In this document: piece after piece, positions 27,003 through 34,282 of the stretch | Layout of the letters: each line of letters opens with the position of its first letter | Numbering within the stretch: the stretch's first letter is position 1 | Source of the DNA: a virus | Lineage: Duplodnaviria; Caudoviricetes | Length of the DNA: 35,926 nt | Reading direction: 5' to 3' (one strand) | IMG/VR virus record: IMGVR_UViG_3300010052_000172 | Span: 1 to 35,926 of that record | Notes under the pieces: model-generated | Seen by the model: only the letters and a program-made list of their open reading frames with translations | Database searches by the model: none | What the model was told of the DNA's origin: nothing | Translations under genes and position numbers: made by a program

Positions 27003-27294
27003 CTGATTTCCCTCCATCGCTCTCCAATTGGAGAGCGGGTCTCGAGAGATCGCTCGGCGTCCCCTGTCCATCAAAGAACATCCGCCGTGCGATCTCGATC
27101 TCATCTGCTGTCATTGGCCGTGAGACAAGATCCGTGTCCCAGATCAGACAGCGATTGCCCTTGGCGTGTTGTGCCGCCCGCTCAGCTTCCGTGATCCGGA
27201 GGAACGCCTCTCTGGAGTATTCCGTCCAGAACGCATCACACTGGAAACTCTCTGGAGACTGCCCGGCACTGGCCCAGAAGTGTCTGCCGCTCAT
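26992..27294 (-). CDS. Hypothetical protein
   Basis: 100 aa; ATGA overlap. Confidence 0.55.
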   Translation of the reverse strand: MSGRHFWASAGQSPESFQCDAFWTEYSREAFLRITEAERAAQHAKGNRCLIWDTDLVSRPMTADEIEIARRMFFDGQGTPSDLSRPALQLESDGGKSDGT

Positions 27295-27503
27295 TCGGCC
27301 CCCTCAGTGGCCTGCTTCAGTGTCGCCACTGACGTCAGAGCAACGGCCAACGAGAGAACGTCTGAGACGGTCATTGTTTCGCTCACGAGGAGTTGATTGG
27401 TCTCCTTGAGGAACAGAACGTATTTCGCCATCCGCTGACTTTCAGAACGCTTCGCCAACTCGGCGAAGATGTCAGCCAACGTCGCAAGTTCTAGGTCCAT
27501 CAC
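27291..27503 (-). CDS. Hypothetical protein, paralog of 26793-27002
   Basis: MDLELATLADIFAELAKRS. Confidence 0.65.
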   Translation of the reverse strand: MMDLELATLADIFAELAKRSESQRMAKYVLFLKETNQLLVSETMTVSDVLSLAVALTSVATLKQATEGAE

Positions 27504-27865
27504 TCGTCTCCGTTCGGAGCTTCTCGCTCCTCAAATTGCAGTCCCTCGTCGGTGAGATACGTTCCCCGGTATTTGCCGCTGTTCAGTTCGTCCCGGAGTC
27601 GATCCCTGAACGCCTGATACTTCTCCGGATCGTTGAAGTCCGGAACGCTGAGTGAGATGTTCATTCGCTGATCCGGCTTCGGATGCGCCTTCCAATCGCC
27701 CCATGGAATCTCGTCCAACTGGCTCGGCGTCAGCGTCTCCAACTTTTGGAGTCGTGGTGCCGGTGGCCTGCGAGCCTCCAGCGGTTCAGCACGTTCCAAT
27801 GCCCAAAGCTCTCGGCGGATCTTCGCATCCTCACGCTTCGACTTCCTCAATTCACTCTGCTTCAT
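27500..27865 (-). CDS. Hypothetical protein
   Basis: 121 aa from MKQSELRK; ATGA overlap with the upstream ORF. Confidence 0.55.
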   Translation of the reverse strand: MKQSELRKSKREDAKIRRELWALERAEPLEARRPPAPRLQKLETLTPSQLDEIPWGDWKAHPKPDQRMNISLSVPDFNDPEKYQAFRDRLRDELNSGKYRGTYLTDEGLQFEEREAPNGDE

Positions 27866-28026
27866 TCGGCCCCCTTCGTACCCTCGATTTCCGCCCGGTA
27901 AGCCGTCCACATTCGGTGAAGAGCTTTGAGGAACTCCTCGACCGTCAGCCCGATCTCATCAGCGTCCGCTCGAATTTGGCTCGCTGTTTCCTGCGAGCAC
28001 TCGACCGAGAAAGTTGTGTTGTCCAT
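27862..28026 (-). CDS. Small protein, possibly ribbon-helix-helix (54 aa, absent from the ORF track)
   Basis: Manual translation MDNTTFSVECSQETASQIRADADEIGLTVEEFLKALHRMW...; CTACCTA-TTGC-ATG start. Confidence 0.6.
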   Translation of the reverse strand: MDNTTFSVECSQETASQIRADADEIGLTVEEFLKALHRMWTAYRAEIEGTKGAE

Positions 28027-28125
28027 GCAATAGGTAGAGGGTCACTCCTTAGATTTCCGCAGACTTTTTCTCCAGAATCTGTGAAATCTTTCGGCCACTC
28101 AGAATCGGGCAAAGCGAGAAACCTT

Positions 28126-28398
28126 ATGGGTTGGACATTCACCGCAGTCTCATTTCAAAGAGGCGGCAAGACGGCCGACGTTCATGCCGATGGGAACAAC
28201 GTCGCATGGAAATGCGAGGAGTGCGGCTGGCCGGTTCTGTTCGTCTACCAGCTAGGGAGATTCGGCTCGTCGCAGAGCAGGGCGACGACGTGCCGTGGGT
28301 GCAAGAAAACTTATTACCTCAGCCCCGAGTACGGCACTCAGCCGGAGCCCGCCGCTGGCAATCCTCAAGCTCCGGCCAACCCGATGCAGATCATGTGA
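28126..28398 (+). CDS. Zn-ribbon protein (opposite-strand accessory gene)
   Basis: 90 aa; CEECG and CRGCK. Confidence 0.6.
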   Translation: MGWTFTAVSFQRGGKTADVHADGNNVAWKCEECGWPVLFVYQLGRFGSSQSRATTCRGCKKTYYLSPEYGTQPEPAAGNPQAPANPMQIM

Positions 28399-28711
28399 TC
28401 GGTCTGGCATTCCTCACGAGCCGGAGGAACTCAGCGAGCGGCATCACGACCATATCCGGTTTGTTGTCGGCCTTGGTGACGAGGAGCGGAACTCCCTCGC
28501 CTGAGATCTCCTCGATTGCCGTGATCGGAGCGTAGGCCCGGCCTCGTTTGCACTGAACCAAGTACGGTCCGGTGTTCTTCAGATCGACGCCGTTCGCCTC
28601 GTCCGTCTGGTACTCCAAATGACGTCCGGCTTCCGGGAAGCCGTGATCACGGAACGCCTTCGCAATGGCTCGCTCGTACGAGTGACCCTTGGTTCGGGAG
28701 AGTGCGCCCAT
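28391..28711 (-). CDS. Holliday-junction-resolvase-like PD-(D/E)xK nuclease
   Basis: SRTKGHSYERAIA, GVDL, VQCKR. Confidence 0.78.
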   Translation of the reverse strand: MGALSRTKGHSYERAIAKAFRDHGFPEAGRHLEYQTDEANGVDLKNTGPYLVQCKRGRAYAPITAIEEISGEGVPLLVTKADNKPDMVVMPLAEFLRLVRNARPIT

Positions 28712-28932
28712 CAGTCCTCGTCACCGAACGTAGTCTCAATCTTCCATCTGTCGAATTCGACTTGGACGGCCGTGGTCTTGGTGAGCGGGATTGCGACCGA
28801 GGACACTTCCAGTTCATCAGGATCACACTCGACCCACGAGAACTTGCCGTAGTCGTCTCCCTCAAAGAGACGCCCCCAGCGGAAGACCTTGGGAGGGTGA
28901 GCCCTGTGCCTGTTGATCCAGTGATTGTCCAT
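28711..28932 (-). CDS. Hypothetical protein
   Basis: 73 aa; TGATG-coupled to the downstream gene. Confidence 0.55.
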   Translation of the reverse strand: MDNHWINRHRAHPPKVFRWGRLFEGDDYGKFSWVECDPDELEVSSVAIPLTKTTAVQVEFDRWKIETTFGDED

Positions 28933-28935
28933 GAC

Positions 28936-29202
28936 CTACATCTCCGAAGCTTGGGGTTCAGCCGCCCGGTAGCTCGGCGATGGCCGGTTGGCGGCAGTCA
29001 GCCGCTCAGCCTTGCGAGTGGTGTTGGCCATCCGCTCGGCGGCATCCTTTCTGACGCCGACCTCCACGGGGAGGTCTACTTCGTTCAGAGCGTCCAGCTT
29101 GGCGTCCAAAGTTTGGATGGCGTCCCGAACGTCCTCGATTGCTGCCCTGAGTTTCGCCGTGTCGACTGACACGCCGAAGTTGATTGATCCGATGTTGCCC
29201 AT
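28936..29202 (-). CDS. 88-aa protein resembling the tape-measure N-terminus
   Basis: MGNIGSINFGVSVDTAKL...; CTACCTA-AGAGC-ATG start. Confidence 0.6.
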   Translation of the reverse strand: MGNIGSINFGVSVDTAKLRAAIEDVRDAIQTLDAKLDALNEVDLPVEVGVRKDAAERMANTTRKAERLTAANRPSPSYRAAEPQASEM

Positions 29203-29229
29203 GCTCTTAGGTAGAGTGGCGTCGGCCAG

Positions 29230-29264
29230 AAAACGCAAAAACCTCGCCAGCAATGGCGAGGTTT
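29230..29264 (-). terminator. Intrinsic terminator
   Basis: AAACCTCGCCA-ttgc-TGGCGAGGTTT followed by TTGCGTTTT. Confidence 0.75.
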
Positions 29265-29318
29265 CTGGTCGTTCATTTCTCAAACAAGGATGGCGGACCA
29301 CACAGTCCGACAGAGTAT

Positions 29319-30008
29319 CTAGGCTTGGCCTCCAAACTTTGCTCGATCGGCCAGCAACTTCTCTTGGTTGCGATTGTTCTTCTCCATGACCATTTCGAAT
29401 TTGTCCCGGCCAGATGGACCGCTCTCTCCATGTTCGAACCGTGCGCCCCGAGCCCGGTTGAAGTCTTTCTGAGCGAGCGGACTTTGGATGTGCTCGGCAA
29501 TCTTCATCCCCGGAAAGGGGATGAGGTTGTTCGGAGCCGTCCACTCTCGATCAGACCTGTCCTCGCCTGCGTTCAGACAGAGACGGCCGAGCTTGTCCCG
29601 GCTCCACGGAATCGGGACATCACCACAGTGGATTCTGATCTCTCGAAACCATTGGCCACAGGTTGCTCCGCCGTCGCTGACCTCACCACAGAAGACGTCA
29701 ATCCGCTTCCCGGCTTCGTCAGGCAGGCCCCAAGCGATGACGACCGCTCGTGATGTTGCCCAGCCAAGCTCCTCGCAGAGTTGGCGTTCTTCCGCAGTCG
29801 GCTTCTCGCCTTTGATCTCCAGCCAACAGTTCATGTCCTGAAGCCAGAAGTCCGGGAGATACTTCCGGGTTGGCAGATCGTATCCCTGCTTCTCGTACTC
29901 CCACGGCTCTCCAGCGGAATCCAGAAAGACAGCCCAACGAGCCTCAGTCCTAGAACGAAATCGATAACCCTTATATTCGGTCGGAATGACAGACGAATGG
30001 TCAGCCAT
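29319..30008 (-). CDS. PD-(D/E)xK nuclease-like phage protein
   Basis: YKGYRFRSRTEARWA, WEYE, YLPDFWL, LEIKG; SD AAGGAGG. Confidence 0.82.
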   Translation of the reverse strand: MADHSSVIPTEYKGYRFRSRTEARWAVFLDSAGEPWEYEKQGYDLPTRKYLPDFWLQDMNCWLEIKGEKPTAEERQLCEELGWATSRAVVIAWGLPDEAGKRIDVFCGEVSDGGATCGQWFREIRIHCGDVPIPWSRDKLGRLCLNAGEDRSDREWTAPNNLIPFPGMKIAEHIQSPLAQKDFNRARGARFEHGESGPSGRDKFEMVMEKNNRNQEKLLADRAKFGGQA

Positions 30009-30056
30009 TGAAACCTCCTTGCACTACTTCGCACACAATCCAATCACGAGGCCGTA

Positions 30057-30293
30057 GGTGTACAACAGGTACACCAAATCAGACGTTCGTGATTTCCTTT
30101 CCCGCCTTGCAGGCGGTGTACAAAATGTTCAGTAAATCAGTCTTCACAGACTGTCAGAACGCTCCCAACGCTCCCAATACATCTGAGAACGTTGTGAGAA
30201 CGTTTCGCTTGGTAAAAAGCACGGTCTCAGCCTCGTTCTTCTCTCGTTCTCACGTTCTCACACACCTTTAGGTGTGAGAACGTGAGAAGAACG
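30057..30293. repeat. Iteron-like repeats with a 17-bp inverted repeat; putative replication origin
   Basis: Multiple GAGAACG copies in both orientations; TTCTCACGTTCTCACAC (30247-30263) / GTGTGAGAACGTGAGAA (30272-30288); GGTGTACAA x2; AACGCTCCC x2. Confidence 0.65.
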
Positions 30294-30306
30294 TATGGCC
30301 CCGGCA

Positions 30307-31920
30307 TCAACTGAGGGTGGGGAGCCAGACATAATTCGTCTTGCCAATCTGACGCTTGGCAATGTGTCCTGCGGCAACAAGTGAAATGACCATTCTGGAC
30401 AGCTTCGATTTTTCCAAACCGCAAAGCTCTCCAAGTCTGGCCTGTGAAACCGCACCAGACGCAACCAGTTCGTCTGTGAGGCCCTCTGCCGACAATCCGG
30501 GCAGATGGTTCATGAGCGTCAGTTCGTCCACGGAGAGGCTCGCCACCGGCGTCGTGGAGTATTCCGCTTGTGTGCAGCTTTCCAACGATAGACTGGTTTC
30601 CTCGTCCCCGTCCTCGTCGCAGTACCCGAGGGTGTGCCGAACTGACCGCAGGTAGACCGGCTCGGACTTGGCGTCCTCTTTCATTTTCTCGGTCGTCAGT
30701 CTTGTGGTCGTTGACATCGCTTCCGCCTTGAGACACTGCACGACAACGTCACAAGCGTTGGGGAGTCTGTTGTCTCCCTTGGAGCCTCTCGCCACGTCCT
30801 TCCCGGTGTGGTGAACGAGGATGACGGCAACCTCCATTTCCCGGATCAGTCTGACCGCAGCGTCCACGAACTTTTTCATGTCCTCCGTGGAGGACTCGGA
30901 ACCGACCATGCAGCGATCGACAGTGTCGAAGCAGACGACCTTGGCTTCCCAGTTCTCGATATGCTTGACGATCTGAGGATACTCGGTTGGATCGTCGAGC
31001 TTGGTTTCGTGGGTCAATGCCCGGAAGTTCTCGGCGATCTCTTCCGCAGAGACCTCATTCGCCATCGCCCAAGCATCGATACGCTTCTTGAGGTTCTCGC
31101 CCGACTCGGCGCAGACGTAGAGGACTCGTTCCTTTTTGACCTTCCGGCCCTGCCACTGTCTCCCGGTGGCAATCGACAGGCACCACTCCAGTGCCACGAA
31201 TGATTTGTACGAGCCGCTCGGACCGTACAAGAGGACCAAGTCCTTCTGCCCAACGAAGCCCTTGAGGTAGTGGCGTCGTGGTTGGTAGGTCGCTGTGGCG
31301 TAGTTCCAGAGTTCGTCCCCTCCGGGAGTGATCTTCTCTGCCGCCCGGATTGCCTCGAACAGCTTCGCAGCGTCCTGATCGTTGGCATACTCGCCGTAGG
31401 CGTTCTTGATCTTCCACTCACGCTGCCGCCGATACATTTCCTCGATCCAATATTGGGTCGAAGCGATGTCGGTGTAGTCGAGCGTGGCGGACGCTTCGGT
31501 CAGTTGCCACAGATGCTTCTCTGTGTCTTTGACATTCTCCCGTAGATCTTTGCGGAGCAAGGTCATCAAAAAGTCCGGCTTGGGAGCCTCGCCAGTCTGT
31601 TCGTAATACGAGAATGCAAGCTTGACCATCCTCTGGTGAGCGAGGTTGACGACCGCCTTGGGGTCGTACATTCCGGCCGCTACGGCAAGGACTCGTTTGT
31701 CTCGGCAGATGTGAGCCACGAGGCTTCGACTCAATTCGTCGCTTGTCGCTGCCCATGACGATTGTGGAGCGTCCGGAGCGTCGATGGATGCGACAGCATC
31801 CGGATCAGCGAGGAGCGGATCGTACTCAATGTTTGGTTCGAGCTTCTGGCAAGCTGTTTCAATTTCTTGGAGAAATGGCGTTGCGCCATTCAAGGATTCT
31901 GTGATATTGTTCGAAGGCAT
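30307..31920 (-). CDS. AAA_25/RepA-like replicative helicase with C-terminal HTH
   Basis: Walker A GPSGSYKS, YVCAE, Walker B VVCFDT, HHTGKD; start MPSNN (track start GTG 31971 falls inside the terminator). Confidence 0.87.
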   Translation of the reverse strand: MPSNNITESLNGATPFLQEIETACQKLEPNIEYDPLLADPDAVASIDAPDAPQSSWAATSDELSRSLVAHICRDKRVLAVAAGMYDPKAVVNLAHQRMVKLAFSYYEQTGEAPKPDFLMTLLRKDLRENVKDTEKHLWQLTEASATLDYTDIASTQYWIEEMYRRQREWKIKNAYGEYANDQDAAKLFEAIRAAEKITPGGDELWNYATATYQPRRHYLKGFVGQKDLVLLYGPSGSYKSFVALEWCLSIATGRQWQGRKVKKERVLYVCAESGENLKKRIDAWAMANEVSAEEIAENFRALTHETKLDDPTEYPQIVKHIENWEAKVVCFDTVDRCMVGSESSTEDMKKFVDAAVRLIREMEVAVILVHHTGKDVARGSKGDNRLPNACDVVVQCLKAEAMSTTTRLTTEKMKEDAKSEPVYLRSVRHTLGYCDEDGDEETSLSLESCTQAEYSTTPVASLSVDELTLMNHLPGLSAEGLTDELVASGAVSQARLGELCGLEKSKLSRMVISLVAAGHIAKRQIGKTNYVWLPTLS

Positions 31921-31958
31921 GGTAGATACGTGTGTCCATTTGCGAAGACCTTTCAGGT

Positions 31959-31995
31959 CGAAAAAACCCACGCCTCACGAGCGTGGGTTTTTTCG
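31959..31995. terminator. Bidirectional intrinsic terminator
   Basis: CGAAAAAACCCACGC-N7-GCGTGGGTTTTTTCG. Confidence 0.85.
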
Positions 31996-32000
31996 TTGAT

Positions 32001-32252
32001 TTACTCTCCGGCGACGAGCCGAGAGAGACGTGCTTGTTCGCTCTTCAGACGAGCGAGTTCCGTGAGCGTGCTCACGAGCCTGTCATACTGCTCCGCAGAG
32101 TAGTATTTCCTCTTGCCAATCAAGACCGAGGGAGCCTCGATCAGTCCTTTGCGGACCTTGGTGGCGAAATGTGATTCGTCGTGACCTGTCGCCTTAGCGA
32201 CGTCCGACATGTTGTAGACGTTGAAGTGTTCTCTGACGCTAACGAATGGCAT
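32001..32252 (-). CDS. MerR/excisionase-like HTH protein
   Basis: YNMSDVAKATG...RKGLIEAP...KRKYYS; SD GGAGG. Confidence 0.72.
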   Translation of the reverse strand: MPFVSVREHFNVYNMSDVAKATGHDESHFATKVRKGLIEAPSVLIGKRKYYSAEQYDRLVSTLTELARLKSEQARLSRLVAGE

Positions 32253-32273
32253 GGGTTCCCTCCCTTTCCATTT

Positions 32274-32302
32274 ATATTAGCGTTGACATCCATTTTCTGC
32301 AA
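32274..32302 (-). promoter_or_regulatory. Sigma70-like early promoter
   Basis: TTGCAG-N17-TAATAT upstream of 32252, in an AT-rich divergent gap. Confidence 0.55.
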
Positions 32303-32333
32303 AAAATTCTGTGCGTGCCTCCTAGATACAGGC

Positions 32334-32627
32334 ATGACACAAGAATTTGACTACGACGAATACAAGGCATACCTCGCCTCCGCTCGCTGGCTCTTCACCG
32401 TGCGACCCAAGGTCTATGAACATTACCGTGGGATGTGCTGTTTTTGTGGTGAAAAATGCCGCCGCATCTATGTTGTGCATCACCACAACTACAGACATCT
32501 GTACGACGAGCTTGAGAACATAGACTCTGTTGGCGTAGCACATAGAGAATGCCACCACGAACACCACTATCCGCCATGCTCCCTGAGAGAGCTAGACAAG
32601 CAGATCAAGAAATGGTGCCGAGAATAA
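32334..32627 (+). CDS. HNH endonuclease
   Basis: 97 aa; YKAYLASARW, CCFCG, VHHHNY, CHHEHH. Confidence 0.78.
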   Translation: MTQEFDYDEYKAYLASARWLFTVRPKVYEHYRGMCCFCGEKCRRIYVVHHHNYRHLYDELENIDSVGVAHRECHHEHHYPPCSLRELDKQIKKWCRE

Positions 32628-32751
32628 AACATTGCATTAGTGTTTCCTAACAACTAATATGACCACCGGAATCTTGTGGCATGGCCCCCTCTAAAGCTCG
32701 TTGCAATGGAGGGGGTCTCTACGAGATCACCAAACCACAAGGAAGTTTTCA

Positions 32752-33144
32752 ATGGAACCGAACGAACTGTTTATCTGTCCGCCAGAGGGCGGTAGCTACC
32801 TGCCCGGACAAGGGTTTTCAACGAGCCGAACCAATCAAACAATTCAGAAGACGCTGGCTCGCTGGGGACGCTGGGTCTACGACGAGGACGAGTCCCGTCT
32901 CTGCTTCTCGGCTGATCGATACTTCAACCCCGCCGAGAGTGATCCAGACTGGGAGATCAATCTGGCTCCCGGAATTGGCCCCGGCCTCCTGTGTGACGCT
33001 CTGAAAGAATTCGCCGACTACGCCAACACTCACATGGTGATCACAGGATTTCTGAACAAGCTGGAAGACCTCCATTATCTCTGCGATGCGCTGGGAGATC
33101 TCATGTCCGAGGAATTCAAAGTGAGGTACGATCCACGAGCATAG
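32752..33144 (+). CDS. Hypothetical protein
   Basis: 130 aa from MEPNELF; SD AAGGAAG. Confidence 0.55.
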   Translation: MEPNELFICPPEGGSYLPGQGFSTSRTNQTIQKTLARWGRWVYDEDESRLCFSADRYFNPAESDPDWEINLAPGIGPGLLCDALKEFADYANTHMVITGFLNKLEDLHYLCDALGDLMSEEFKVRYDPRA

Positions 33145-33231
33145 ATAGTCCAACTCAGCATGGTCTCGAACCCCGGTGAAAGCTTGTCGCTCCACCGGGG
33201 TTCCTCGTTTTGCCATCCAAACGTTGGTCGG

Positions 33232-33336
33232 TCACTTCGGCTTCTTGCGTGCGAGCCATTCGGCGAATCTCATCTCGCCTTCTGGCTTCGGTGGTTTAGG
33301 TTCTTTGGGACTCTCGCTCTTCGGCTTCTCTGCCAT
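33232..33336 (-). CDS. Possible 34-aa basic peptide
   Basis: MAEKPKSESPKEPKPPKPEGEMRFAEWLARKKPK; SD GGAG. Confidence 0.35.
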   Translation of the reverse strand: MAEKPKSESPKEPKPPKPEGEMRFAEWLARKKPK

Positions 33337-33487
33337 GTGTTTCTCCGTAAAAGTAGAGAGGCATTTTATCGAGCCGGTCCGACTGTCTACAAACGATCCA
33401 AATAGACTGTCTATTGGTCGGAACTTTCATGTCGAAAGTCTGTCCGGAGAAACAAACATTCGCTTCCGGCGGATCGTAGATAGTTCT

Positions 33488-33712
33488 ATGAGAACGAAGA
33501 TCAATCCTGTTGCTGCGTGGCTCGTCTACGTTGCCGTCCTGGCGTCGCTCGGTCTCGCACTGATGTCGGTCATCACCGCTCCGAAGCAGGCAGAGAACTG
33601 GATCTGGAGTAATCGGTGGCCGGGAGATCGTCAGCCACGGCGAATAGATACGTCTGCCCACGAGGCGGAAAGCATCGAGACCCCGCAACCAGGGAGATTG
33701 GTCCCTGACTGA
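33488..33712 (+). CDS. Small single-TM membrane protein
   Basis: 74 aa; GTAGATA-GTTCT-ATG start; hydrophobic N-terminus. Confidence 0.55.
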   Translation: MRTKINPVAAWLVYVAVLASLGLALMSVITAPKQAENWIWSNRWPGDRQPRRIDTSAHEAESIETPQPGRLVPD

Positions 33713-33749
33713 AGGGGTCTCGTGTTGCGCACGTACAAAGTTTGGAGTC

Positions 33750-34262
33750 TTACTCGTCTTGCGACTCCGTCTCCTCGTCGCACTCAGGTGTTTCGTCATT
33801 CATTTGGCTTGGAACGTCGCTCCACTTGTAGCCAACTTCCCTTCGCCGAGGCTTGCACGGCCAGAAGCCAGCTTTCTGAAGCGGGCGATGCGATGGCGGT
33901 TCTAGGCCGCTGGCGAACACTGCCGATTTGCCACTCGCCATTTTCTTGAGTTCCGTCAGCAGCGTGGTGGCGATGCCCTGTAAGCGGAACTCCAGCAGCA
34001 CAGCGAGATAGTGTAGTTCCAGCCTAGTTGGATCTACGGTCTTGTACTGAATGAGACCGACAGGCTTGTCGCCTTCCACCCAAAAGATGTACTGGAACGT
34101 TTGCCGGTCGCTGAGAAGATGGCCAAGCGAGAAATCAAACATTCCCCTGCAAGCGTCACCCGGAGTCGAAGTGGGGTAGGTGGCTTTGAACCATGTGTGC
34201 CACTCCCGAGCAGTTCGGGGATCAATTGGCCCGTGAACAATCATTTCGTTTTGCCTCGTCAA
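33750..34262 (-). CDS. GNAT-family acetyltransferase
   Basis: LHYLAVLLEFRLQGIATTLL (motif A), LQKAGF; alternative start ATG 34244. Confidence 0.8.
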   Translation of the reverse strand: MTRQNEMIVHGPIDPRTAREWHTWFKATYPTSTPGDACRGMFDFSLGHLLSDRQTFQYIFWVEGDKPVGLIQYKTVDPTRLELHYLAVLLEFRLQGIATTLLTELKKMASGKSAVFASGLEPPSHRPLQKAGFWPCKPRRREVGYKWSDVPSQMNDETPECDEETESQDE

Positions 34263-34282
34263 CTAGGTCGAGAAATTGAGAG

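Noticed and set aside
30150-30295. CRISPR array
   Set aside because: Repeats are 7-17 bp, irregularly spaced and in both orientations; no cas genes.
32283-32311. TTGACA as a plus-strand sigma70 -35
   Set aside because: No convincing -10 at 16-18 nt.
32818-33216. 132-aa minus-strand ORF
   Set aside because: Largely antisense to the better-supported plus ORF 32752-33144; not fully excluded.
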